Below are positions 24,401 to 32,000 of a stretch of 32,000 nucleotides of DNA, piece by piece. The stretch covers positions 660,001-692,000 of the forward strand of contig OY970322.1 in the NCBI GenBank assembly GCA_963716945.1, given 5' to 3'. The position numbers and the translations under genes were made by a program. The notes beneath the pieces are model-generated. The model saw only the letters and a program-made list of their open reading frames with translations. It ran no database searches and was not told the DNA's origin. How positions within the stretch are numbered: the first letter of the stretch is position 1; the number at the start of each line of letters is the position of its first letter. The DNA is from Candidatus Saccharimonadota bacterium (GTDB taxonomy: Bacteria > Patescibacteriota > Saccharimonadia > Saccharimonadales > UBA4665).

Positions 24401-25207
24401 TTACCTCAACCTCCGGTTACGCAAAGCGGTTTTGAAATTCAAGCCGTCGTTGCCGCTGCTGGCTTCGTCGCGCAGCGTTTTGCCGGTTAGCTTCAGGTAG
24501 GCTTCTTCAAGGCTTTTAGTGCCGGTCTGCTTGCATAGTTGCGGAGTGGTGCCGAGGGCGACGATTTTGCCATGGTCGATAATGGCTATGCGTTCGGCTA
24601 CGGCTTCGGCTTCGTCCAAGTAGTGGGTGGTGAAGAAGATCGTCATTCCCTTTTCGTGGCTCAGCTTCTTGACATAGTCCCACATCAGGTTCCGGGTTTG
24701 CGTATCGAGCCCGAGTGTCGGCTCGTCCAAGAAGAGGACGCGCGGTTCGTGAAGCAGGCCGCGGGCAATTTCCAGACGGCGGCGCATACCGCCGGAAAAA
24801 GTCTTGACCATATAGTCCTGGCGGTTGCCCAGTTCGACCAGCTCCAGCAGCTGTTTGATACGCTCCCGGCGCTGGGCTTTGGGGACGCTATAAAGCGCGG
24901 CGTGCAGGTCCATGTTCTCGTAAGCCGACAACTCTTCGTCAAGGCTGGGGTCCTGGAAGACGATACCAAAGGCTTTGCGGGCCGAGTCGCGCTCTTTGGC
25001 TACGTCGTGGCCGTCAAGTGTCAGACGGCCGCTGGTCGGCCGCAGCATGGTCGTCAGCATTTTGATAGTCGTACTTTTGCCGGCACCGTTAGGCCCCAGA
25101 AAAGCGAAAATTTCACCCTGCTGGATGTCAAAGTCTATATTATCGACGGCAACAATGTCGCCGAAACGTTTCGTAACGCCTTTAGCGCCTATAATCGATT
25201 TCGCCAT
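24401..25207 (-). CDS. ABC transporter ATP-binding protein (DrrA/ABC-2 exporter type)
   Basis: Walker A GPNGAGKST, signature FSGGMRRRLEIA, Walker B VLFLDEPTLGLD. Confidence 0.9.
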   Translation of the reverse strand: MAKSIIGAKGVTKRFGDIVAVDNIDFDIQQGEIFAFLGPNGAGKSTTIKMLTTMLRPTSGRLTLDGHDVAKERDSARKAFGIVFQDPSLDEELSAYENMDLHAALYSVPKAQRRERIKQLLELVELGNRQDYMVKTFSGGMRRRLEIARGLLHEPRVLFLDEPTLGLDTQTRNLMWDYVKKLSHEKGMTIFFTTHYLDEAEAVAERIAIIDHGKIVALGTTPQLCKQTGTKSLEEAYLKLTGKTLRDEASSGNDGLNFKTALRNRRLR

Positions 25208-25228
25208 ATCTTGCTTACAATTATACAG
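25208..25228 (-). promoter_or_regulatory. candidate ABC exporter promoter core CTGTATAATTGTAAGCAAGAT directly abutting the ATG
   Basis: TATAAT (25220-25225) lies 12 nt upstream of the start codon. It shares the 9-mer GTAAGCAAG with 14095-14103. Confidence 0.4.
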
Positions 25229-25255
25229 GCCTGGCTATATTTTGTATACCGTCAG

Positions 25256-26101
25256 TTAGTGCCGGTTGATCGAGGCCCAGTCCTGGTCGCCCAAGCCGCC
25301 GGCCTTGGCTTTCCGGTAAATAGACAACACGTCGTCAAGAATCGGCAATTCAATCTTATCGTCCATTTGACGGGCATACTCCAGGTCTTTGGTAATCCAA
25401 TCGACCGAAAATGTCAGGGGTATATCATGCTGCTGGTAGGCTGTCCAGGCCAGGTTGGTAACGGCTCCGCCCGGCCGGTCGCACAGTGCCGGACCGACTT
25501 GGGCGGCATCGAGGCCTTCGGCTTCGGCCAGGCGCATGGCTTCGCCGAAAGCGGCCAAGTGCGCTGCCTGGAGACTGTTAAGAATCAGCTTGTACTTCAT
25601 GCCCGATCCGGCCGGACCGAAGTAAAACAGCTTGGAACTGATAGCCTGCAGGTCGGGCTTAAGCTGCTGCAGGCGGTCTTCTTCGCCGCCGGCCAGCAAG
25701 CTTAGCGTTCCGCCCTCGGCTGCGGCCCGGCCGCCGGTGAGCGGCATGTCAAAAAATACGAAGCCTTGTCCGGCGCACAATTCGCTCAAGCCGATTGTCC
25801 AGCCGACTGAAAGCGTGGCGCTGGCAACCAGTACTTTGGTCCGGTCGGCGCCGGCCAGGATACCTTCATCACCTTGCCAGACGGCTTGTGAAGACCGGTC
25901 GTTGGCGGTGACTTCAAACACTATGTCGGCTTGTTCGGCGACCGCTTTGGGTGTAGCCGCCGCGACGGCCCCGGCCTGCAACAGGGCCTCGATTTTGGCG
26001 GCTGAGCGGTTCCAGACCACAACTTCATAACCGCCCTTTAGGTAATTGGCGGCTATACCGCTGCCCATAATGCCCGTGCCGACCACCCCGATCTTCTTCA
26101 T
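25256..26101 (-). CDS. NAD(P)-dependent beta-hydroxyacid dehydrogenase family oxidoreductase (3-hydroxyisobutyrate dehydrogenase-like)
   Basis: MKKIGVVGTGIMGSGIA Rossmann start and the catalytic-Lys region GSGMKYKLILN. I prefer ATG 26101. The track start 26233 would run across the divergent promoter and into the neighbouring gene. Confidence 0.8.
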   Translation of the reverse strand: MKKIGVVGTGIMGSGIAANYLKGGYEVVVWNRSAAKIEALLQAGAVAAATPKAVAEQADIVFEVTANDRSSQAVWQGDEGILAGADRTKVLVASATLSVGWTIGLSELCAGQGFVFFDMPLTGGRAAAEGGTLSLLAGGEEDRLQQLKPDLQAISSKLFYFGPAGSGMKYKLILNSLQAAHLAAFGEAMRLAEAEGLDAAQVGPALCDRPGGAVTNLAWTAYQQHDIPLTFSVDWITKDLEYARQMDDKIELPILDDVLSIYRKAKAGGLGDQDWASINRH

Positions 26102-26108
26102 GCCTAGA

Positions 26109-26152
26109 ATTATAACGGCTTTTGGCGCGTCCTGGCCAGGGCCGTTTATAAT
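26109..26152. promoter_or_regulatory. back-to-back divergent TATAAT boxes (26109-26114 minus strand, 26147-26152 plus strand)
   Basis: The boxes lie 7 nt from ATG 26101 and 6 nt from ATG 26159. Neither gene has a Shine-Dalgarno. Confidence 0.45.
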
Positions 26153-26158
26153 AGGCCT

Positions 26159-26920
26159 ATGCAAATCAAGGTTGTCAGCTTGAACCTGTGGTGGGGCGGC
26201 TACCTGTTCCCTGCCATCCTGGACTTCCTGCAAGCCGAAGAGCCGGACATAATCATGCTTCAGGAAGTCTATAATGGCAGCCGGCCCGAACTGGATGACA
26301 GGTACCGGTCGGTCGAGGTTCTGAGCGGCCGCTTAGACTATCCTCACTCCGACTTCGTTCAGGCATTCGTACATGACAGCCCGGCCGGCCTGCTGCCCCA
26401 GGGCAACGCCGTGTTCTCCAAGTTTCCTATTACCGGCCGTTCGTCACGCTTCATTACCGAGCCGGCGAAAGCTTCTTATAAGGACCTGCCGGAAGAGTGG
26501 CCGGTCGAGCCCCGGGTTTTGCAGCATGTCGCCCTGGACACGCCGGCCGGCCAAGTTAACGTTTTCAACCTGCATGGCATCTGGGATTTAGCCGGTGACC
26601 GCTACAGCCCGGAACGGCAAAAAATGGGACAGCTGATTATCGAAGAAACCAGTGGCAAGCCGAACGTCATCCTGGGCGGCGACAGCAATGCCTCAGCCGG
26701 CAACCCTTTGATGAGCGAATTGGGAAGACACCTAAAGAACGCCTTCAACCCGGTCCCCAAAAGCACTTTCAATATGCGTCGCAAGGATAACCCCGGCTAC
26801 GCGGCGGCGGCGGTCGACATCATGTATGTCAGCCCCTCGGTTAAAGTGCTGTCGGCCGCCTGCCCGGACATCGACATATCAGACCATCTGCCTTTGGTGG
26901 TGAATCTGGAGCTGGCGTAG
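26159..26920 (+). CDS. endonuclease/exonuclease/phosphatase (EEP) family protein
   Basis: IIMLQEV, GGDSNA, ISDHLPLVVNL. 253 aa. Confidence 0.75.
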   Translation: MQIKVVSLNLWWGGYLFPAILDFLQAEEPDIIMLQEVYNGSRPELDDRYRSVEVLSGRLDYPHSDFVQAFVHDSPAGLLPQGNAVFSKFPITGRSSRFITEPAKASYKDLPEEWPVEPRVLQHVALDTPAGQVNVFNLHGIWDLAGDRYSPERQKMGQLIIEETSGKPNVILGGDSNASAGNPLMSELGRHLKNAFNPVPKSTFNMRRKDNPGYAAAAVDIMYVSPSVKVLSAACPDIDISDHLPLVVNLELA

Positions 26921-26922
26921 GG

Positions 26923-26928
26923 TATAAT
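26923..26928 (+). promoter_or_regulatory. candidate -10 box TATAAT, 8 nt upstream of ATG 26937
   Basis: GGTATAATTAAAATTAATG. Confidence 0.35.
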
Positions 26929-26936
26929 TAAAATTA

Positions 26937-28094
26937 ATGGATCAAATTTTGCTAGCCGAACGGATGTCCGGCGTGAGCGAGAGTGCCACTATGGCCCTGA
27001 ATGCGCGCGCCAAACAACTTGCCGCCGAGGGGAAGACCATTTATAACCTTACCGCCGGCGAGCTGGCAACCGATACCCCTGAGTACATTCAGACCGCCGT
27101 TGCTCAAAAGCTTCACCTTAACAAGTACACGCCGGTAGGCGGCTTGGCCGATCTGCGCAAGGCCATTGCCGAGCAGGCGCGCGAATTCTACGGCTTGCCG
27201 TGGATCAAAGCCGAGAACGTAGTCGTGACGGCCGCTTCCAAGCCGGCCCTGTATGCCAGTTTAATGGCCTTGGCGGATAAAGGCGATGAAGTCATTCTGC
27301 CGTTGCCGGCCTGGGTCAGCCATGCGGAATTAATCAAACTGGTCGGGGCTACGGTCGTGCCGGTGCCGTTGACCGACCAGTTCGACCTGGACCCGGAGGC
27401 TATCCTGGCCAAGGTCTCGCCGCGTACCAAGGCCGTTATTCTCAACTCGCCTCATAACCCGACCGGCGCGGTTTTTTCCGAGGCCGCGCTTAAGCGCTTG
27501 GCCAAAGGCCTGAAAGGCAGCCACGTCACCGTGATCTCGGACGATATGTACGCCAAACTGCTCTACGACAAGAACTTCATGCCAGTACCCAGCGCCGGTT
27601 TTGAGCGGATCGTCATCGTCAACGGATTTTCCAAGAGCCAGGCCCTGACCGGTTGGCGAATCGGCTACGCCATCGCCCATACGGCTATAGCTGACGCCAT
27701 TATGAACGTACTCGGCCACGTAACCGGCAACGCGCCGATGCCAAGCCAGCAGGCGGCCTTGGCGATAATGGAGCAAGGCGATATACCGCCGGCTGAGATT
27801 AGCAAAACCCTTAAACGCCAGCGGCAGTTGGTCGACAGCGCCCTGAAGCACGTGCCGGGCCTGAAGTACCGCCTGCCCGGCGGTGCCTTTTACTTCTTCC
27901 TTGACCTTCGTTCAATCACTGACGACAGCCTGGCCTGGTGCGAGCGGTTGCTGGCGGGAACCGGCGTGGCTTTGGTGCCCGGCGAGGCATTCGGTACGCC
28001 GGGTTTTGCCCGCTTGAGCTTCGTTACGGATGAGGCGACCCTCCGGAAGGCGCTCGACTTAATCGGTGAGTTTGTCAAAAAAGGAGCCAAATAA
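26937..28094 (+). CDS. class I/II pyridoxal-phosphate aminotransferase (aspartate aminotransferase-like)
   Basis: LNSPHNPTGAV and NGFSKSQALTGWRIGY (PLP lysine). 385 aa. Confidence 0.85.
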   Translation: MDQILLAERMSGVSESATMALNARAKQLAAEGKTIYNLTAGELATDTPEYIQTAVAQKLHLNKYTPVGGLADLRKAIAEQAREFYGLPWIKAENVVVTAASKPALYASLMALADKGDEVILPLPAWVSHAELIKLVGATVVPVPLTDQFDLDPEAILAKVSPRTKAVILNSPHNPTGAVFSEAALKRLAKGLKGSHVTVISDDMYAKLLYDKNFMPVPSAGFERIVIVNGFSKSQALTGWRIGYAIAHTAIADAIMNVLGHVTGNAPMPSQQAALAIMEQGDIPPAEISKTLKRQRQLVDSALKHVPGLKYRLPGGAFYFFLDLRSITDDSLAWCERLLAGTGVALVPGEAFGTPGFARLSFVTDEATLRKALDLIGEFVKKGAK

Positions 28095-29605
28095 TGAGAC
28101 GCATACCACCGACAATAGCCAGCCAGCACCCTGATAACGCCCTGCCGCCCTACTGGTCCAAAACCAAGCAGGCTTTTATCGGCGCAGCCAGCGAAATGGA
28201 AGAGGCCGTCAGCTGCTTCCAGGAGCTGGGAGTCAGCGAATACATGTGGGATTGGGAGGGCAAGCATGCCGACGCGGCGGTTATAGACAGGTTATTCAGC
28301 GAGTACTATGACTACTTTTCCAAGTTGCAGCTTGGCCGTGACAAATTCCTGACTTTCCGTATCCCTAATATCTGGGAGGAAAAGGGCTACAGCCTGCTGC
28401 AGGCCATGTCGGTCGTCTTAAGCGGCGAGGATTTTGCGCGCGACCTCAAGTTTAAACAGCGGCCGCTATTCGAAATGATCCTGCCGATGACCGAAAGGGC
28501 CGAGCAAATAGAGCACATGCAGGAGCTCTTCCAGAAGCTCGCCCGCTTCAAGTCCGAACAGTTTACGGCCGACGGGCCGCCTAATAATGACTACCTGGAA
28601 ATGATTCCGCTGGTTGAGAGTGTCGAAAGCCAATTGGCGGTAGCCGACTTGTTGACTGAGTACGTGGCGCTGCACAAAAAGCATTTCAAGCGCCAGCCGG
28701 AGTATCTCCGCGTATTCTTTGCCTGTTCGGATTCGTCGCTGACTTCGGGCTTGCTGGCCGGCATTCTGGCCAACAAGCTGCTGGTCATCCGCCTGTATGA
28801 ATTTCAGAAGCGTACCGGGATCAAGGTCTTCCCGTTTGCCGGACCGGGCAGCCTGCGTTTCCGCGGCGGCTTGTCACCCTATACCGTCGACCGGTTCTTG
28901 CAGGAGTACAGCGGTGTCCGGACGGTGACCGTCCAGTCGGCTTTCCGCTACGACAACCCGATTCAAGATGTCAAAGCGGCCATCGCCAAGCTTGAAGCCG
29001 AACTGCCAAAAACACCCATACCGACGCTTCCCGCAGCTAAGCAGGACCGCCTGGTCAAGCTGGGCGAGGCCTCCGCTAAACTCTACCGCAGTACGATTAA
29101 ACAGATTGCCGGTGATATGCAGCCTTATTTCAAGGCCGTGCCGAAGCGGCGTGACAGGCGCCAGCATATCGGCCTGGTGGCTTACGCCCGTTCCATGGGC
29201 GAGCAGACTTTGCCGCGGGCGATAACTTTTACGGCGGCTTTCTATTCGCTTGGCGTGCCGCCGGAGTTTATCGCTTTCGGCCGCAGCCTGGCCAGGCTTA
29301 ACCAGTCTGACCTCGATTTGCTTAAATCCGTTTATCCCAACCTAAGTAAAGACCTGGAGGCGGCGGGCCGCTACTTTAACGCTGATAACCTGGCCGCCTT
29401 GGCCAAGACGAACACGGCCTGGCAGCAGATACAGGATGACATATCGGCGGTTCAAGCGGTTCTGGAAATCGACCTGGGCCCCAAAACCGACGACGAAAAG
29501 GCCCACCGCAAGCTGACTGCCGCGGTCCTGGCCCTGCGGGACGACCCGGCCATGCTAACCGAAGTGATCGCCAAAGCGGCCGCTTTGCGCCGCAGCATAG
29601 GCTGA
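28094..29605 (+). CDS. ppcA: archaeal-type phosphoenolpyruvate carboxylase (PEPcase type 2)
   Basis: The N-terminus MRRIPPTIASQHPDNA matches the conserved ...STQHPDN start of archaeal-type PEPC. At 503 aa it is much shorter than the canonical bacterial Ppc, which is far larger. Confidence 0.8.
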   Translation: MRRIPPTIASQHPDNALPPYWSKTKQAFIGAASEMEEAVSCFQELGVSEYMWDWEGKHADAAVIDRLFSEYYDYFSKLQLGRDKFLTFRIPNIWEEKGYSLLQAMSVVLSGEDFARDLKFKQRPLFEMILPMTERAEQIEHMQELFQKLARFKSEQFTADGPPNNDYLEMIPLVESVESQLAVADLLTEYVALHKKHFKRQPEYLRVFFACSDSSLTSGLLAGILANKLLVIRLYEFQKRTGIKVFPFAGPGSLRFRGGLSPYTVDRFLQEYSGVRTVTVQSAFRYDNPIQDVKAAIAKLEAELPKTPIPTLPAAKQDRLVKLGEASAKLYRSTIKQIAGDMQPYFKAVPKRRDRRQHIGLVAYARSMGEQTLPRAITFTAAFYSLGVPPEFIAFGRSLARLNQSDLDLLKSVYPNLSKDLEAAGRYFNADNLAALAKTNTAWQQIQDDISAVQAVLEIDLGPKTDDEKAHRKLTAAVLALRDDPAMLTEVIAKAAALRRSIG

Positions 29606-31072
29606 TCAAGCGTTATAGGTACTGGAGCTGGTGCTGCCGCCGTGGCCGGTCCAGTTAGTGTGGAAGAATTCACCGCGCGGCTTATCCAGCCGCTCGTAAG
29701 TATGCGCGCCGAAATAGTCCCTCTGGGCTTGCAGCAAGTTGGCCGGCAGGCTACCCGACCGGTAAGCGTCATAAAAGGCCAGGGCCGTACTCATAGCCGG
29801 TACCGGGATGCCGGCCTGAACGGCGTTGGCTACGGTTGTCCGCCAAGCTGCCTGGTTAGCCTGAACGGCGTTGGCGAAAAACGGGTCTACCAACAAGTTA
29901 TTAAGAGCCGGATGGTTATCAAAAGCTTTCTTAATATCCTCGAGAAAACGGCTGCGGATGATGCAGCCGCCGCGCCACATCAGGGCGATACCGCCGTAGT
30001 TAAGCTTCCAGCCGTATTCGGCAGCCGCGGCCTGCATTAGCATATAACCTTGGGTGTAGCTAATAATCTTGGAGGCATACAGGGCCTGCCTGATGCTTTC
30101 GGTAGCCGCTTTGGGTTCGGCCGGAGGCGCCGGTTCCGGTCCTGACAAAACCTTGGCCGCGGCTACCCGCTGGTCTTTCAGAGCCGAGATACAGCGCGCA
30201 TACACAGCCTCGCTAATCAGACTGACCGGCTGGCCCAGCTCCGCCGAGCTGATGACGGTCCACTTGCCGGTGCCTTTCTGGCCGGCCGAGTCAAGTATCT
30301 TATCAACCAGGGGCAGCCCGTCAGTGTCCTTGAAAGCCAGTATTTCAGACGTGATTTGGATCAGGAAACTGTCAAGCTCGCCCTGGTTCCAGCCGGCGAA
30401 AGCGGCAGCCATCTCATCAATATCCAGACCTACCCAATCTTTCATCAACTGGTAGGCTTCGGCAATCAATTGCATATCGCCGTATTCGATGCCGTTGTGG
30501 ACCATTTTGACGTAATGTCCGGCCCCGCCCTCGCCAACCCACTCGCAACACGGCGAACCGTCTTCGACCTTAGCGGCAATCGTCTGGAAGATTTCCTTGA
30601 CATGGGGCCAGGCTTCGGCCGAGCCGCCCGGCATGATCGAAGGCCCGTGGCGGGCACCGTCTTCGCCGCCTGATACGCCGGCCCCGATGTAGAGCAAGCC
30701 TTTGGACTCGGCATATGCGACGCGTCTGATGGTATCTGTGAACAAGGAGTTGCCGCCATCAATAATAATGTCGCCGGCCTCCAGATGTGGCAGCAATTGC
30801 TCAATCGTCTGGTCAACGGCTTCACCGGCCTTGACCATCAGCATGACCCGGCGGGGGCGCTTGAGGCAAGCGACCATTTCTTCAATAGAATGCGCCCCTA
30901 TGACATTACTGCCCTTGGCCTCGTTAGCCAGAAAATCGTCGACTTTGCTAAGCGTGCGGTTGAATGCCACGACTGTGAAGCCATGGTCATTCATGTTCAT
31001 AATCAGGTTCTGGCCCATGACAGCCAGGCCCATGACAGCAATATCCGCTTGAGGTTTAGAAGTTTCGTCCAC
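29606..31072 (-). CDS. gnd: 6-phosphogluconate dehydrogenase, decarboxylating
   Basis: DIAVMGLAVMGQNLIMNMNDHGF, GAGVSGGEDGARHGPSIMPGG, MVHNGIEYGDMQLIAEAY. I prefer GTG 31072 (AAGG upstream). The track start 31171 adds 33 non-homologous residues and overlaps mpg by 46 nt. Confidence 0.85.
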   Translation of the reverse strand: MDETSKPQADIAVMGLAVMGQNLIMNMNDHGFTVVAFNRTLSKVDDFLANEAKGSNVIGAHSIEEMVACLKRPRRVMLMVKAGEAVDQTIEQLLPHLEAGDIIIDGGNSLFTDTIRRVAYAESKGLLYIGAGVSGGEDGARHGPSIMPGGSAEAWPHVKEIFQTIAAKVEDGSPCCEWVGEGGAGHYVKMVHNGIEYGDMQLIAEAYQLMKDWVGLDIDEMAAAFAGWNQGELDSFLIQITSEILAFKDTDGLPLVDKILDSAGQKGTGKWTVISSAELGQPVSLISEAVYARCISALKDQRVAAAKVLSGPEPAPPAEPKAATESIRQALYASKIISYTQGYMLMQAAAAEYGWKLNYGGIALMWRGGCIIRSRFLEDIKKAFDNHPALNNLLVDPFFANAVQANQAAWRTTVANAVQAGIPVPAMSTALAFYDAYRSGSLPANLLQAQRDYFGAHTYERLDKPRGEFFHTNWTGHGGSTSSSTYNA

Positions 31073-31125
31073 TGCCTTAATTGTATAATACGCGGCCGTT
31101 TTGGGGAATGGCGGGCCGCTGCCGC

Positions 31126-31704
31126 TTAAAGTCTGGAGACATAGGGGTTGCCGGCTATGTAAAACCGCCAAGGCACATCCCGGCCCCGGCTGATGCCGAT
31201 GCGGGTAGTTTGGATTATCTGATCATCAGGAACCTGGCTGCCGGCTAACAGCTTAAGCGGCGGCCGGCTAAGGTCATGTCCGTTCAATTCCTTGCCGATT
31301 CCCAGCGCTTGGCAGAATTTGGCCGGACCGTTCGTCAGTTCAAGGCCGCCCTTGCCGCCTCGTTTATCAACCATTATGTCTTCCCCGGCCAGCGGCTCGA
31401 CGGCCCGTATCAAAACAGCCGCGCCATGGCCGGCCGGCCCGACTACTATATTGCAGCAGTAATGCATGCCGTAAGTGAAGTAGACATACAGGTGGCCGGC
31501 CGCGCCAAACATGACCTTGGTCCGCGGCGTCTGCCCGTTATAACTGTGGCTGGCGACGTCGGTCTGGTCATAAGCTTCGGTCTCGACTATCCGGACCCTC
31601 AACCGATGGCCGCCGATGGTTCTCTCCAGCAAACAGCCAAGCAGCCGCGGAGCAGTTTCCGCGGCCGAACCGCTAAGGTCGATCCCGTACGGGCCTGATG
31701 GCAT
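31126..31704 (-). CDS. mpg: DNA-3-methyladenine glycosylase (Mpg/AAG family)
   Basis: RIVETEAY...ASHSYNGQTPRTKVMFG..GHLYVYFTYGMHYCCNIV...AVLIRAVEP. Confidence 0.85.
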   Translation of the reverse strand: MPSGPYGIDLSGSAAETAPRLLGCLLERTIGGHRLRVRIVETEAYDQTDVASHSYNGQTPRTKVMFGAAGHLYVYFTYGMHYCCNIVVGPAGHGAAVLIRAVEPLAGEDIMVDKRGGKGGLELTNGPAKFCQALGIGKELNGHDLSRPPLKLLAGSQVPDDQIIQTTRIGISRGRDVPWRFYIAGNPYVSRL

Positions 31705-31717
31705 AGGTGTCCCTTGT

Positions 31718-32000
31718 TTAGGCAGCCTTTTCGGCCAAGTGCGCTTGCCTGTCTAAGTATATCTGAGCCCGGACCTGGCCGTAAGTCTCAACTAACGGGC
31801 CGTCGTTCTCAAAAATCACGTCCGCAAAGTGGCGCGCCGCCGCTACCTCCTGCTCATAGAGACCCATCCGCGTAGCGATTTCATCTTCGGTTTGGCCGCG
31901 GGCCCGCATCCGGGCCGGCAGGATCTCCGGCGAGGCTTCGATTTGGTATACCCGAGTGTTCGGATAGTAGGCTTTGAACTTAGGTATGAACACCGGCTTC
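31718..32000 (-). CDS. gmk: guanylate kinase-like NMP kinase, C-terminal part (N-terminus beyond the window end)
   Basis: The frame is open to position 32000. ARMRARGQTEDEIATRM...ADVIFENDG parallels the Gmk region RLRGRGQDSEEVIAKRM...YLIVNDD as I recall it. Confidence 0.6.
   Translation of the reverse strand, partial: KPVFIPKFKAYYPNTRVYQIEASPEILPARMRARGQTEDEIATRMGLYEQEVAAARHFADVIFENDGPLVETYGQVRAQIYLDRQAHLAEKAA

Noticed and set aside
24539-25705. 388-aa plus-strand ORF, one of the longest in the track
   Set aside because: It runs antisense across the ABC ATPase and on into the dehydrogenase gene. Both of those have unambiguous motifs on the minus strand. Its product is a low-complexity Gly/Ala/Val/Gln-rich shadow translation with no motif. 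This is typical of GC-rich antisense frames.
26102-26233. 44-codon N-terminal extension of the dehydrogenase given in the ORF track
   Set aside because: It would cover the whole divergent promoter region and overlap the EEP gene by 75 nt. The Rossmann motif begins right after the internal Met at 26101.
31073-31171. 33-codon N-terminal extension of gnd overlapping mpg
   Set aside because: 6PGDH proteins start a few residues before the GxAxMG Rossmann motif. GTG 31072 with an AAGG upstream fits, and the long form overlaps mpg by 46 nt.
1-32000. CRISPR arrays, transposases, integrases, phage genes, toxin-antitoxin pairs, rRNA/tRNA
   Set aside because: I saw no repeat-spacer periodicity and no long direct or inverted terminal repeats. 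No ORF has recombinase, transposase or phage structural motifs. All non-coding gaps are 134 bp or shorter.

Overview
Gene-dense, moderately GC-rich bacterial chromosome segment with about 30 CDS. Most intergenic gaps are under 100 bp, and several tandem and convergent gene pairs overlap. I see no rRNA, tRNA, CRISPR, transposase, integrase or phage genes. Left to right: (1) a >1,040-codon UvrD-type helicase / PD-(D/E)XK nuclease on the minus strand, missing from the supplied ORF track because its frame runs off the window. (2) A compact aerobic respiratory block: NDH-2, an interposed GT-B glycosyltransferase, an FAD-linked dehydrogenase, an unknown membrane protein with a Met-rich loop, the cyoABCD quinol oxidase and heme O synthase cyoE. 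(3) An envelope glycosylation block: a UPF0104-like membrane protein, a putative GT-C membrane protein, a GT2 polyprenyl-phosphate-glycosyltransferase-like enzyme and an LCP ligase. (4) A signalling block: Crp-family regulator, stand-alone receiver, soluble PAS histidine kinase, a 90-aa unknown protein and an unknown polytopic membrane protein. (5) A second UPF0104 protein, a DUF1345-like protein, an ABC-2 exporter, a beta-hydroxyacid dehydrogenase, an EEP hydrolase, an aminotransferase translationally coupled to an archaeal-type PEP carboxylase, gnd, mpg and a partial gmk. Many long ORFs in the six-frame track are antisense shadows of these genes. I found no convincing defence or mobile system. 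The best candidates for undescribed biology are the four-gene signalling operon, which has an in-frame TAG between the 90-aa ORF and the kinase, the respiratory block with its unknown Met-rich membrane protein, and the GT2/GT-C/UPF0104/LCP module. A recurrent promoter geometry is also visible: a TATAAT-like box 6-13 nt from start codons, and near-identical promoter cores at ndh and the ABC exporter. The compactness and gene content suggest a streamlined, possibly Patescibacteria/Saccharibacteria-like genome, but that is an unverified inference because the window has no marker rRNA.
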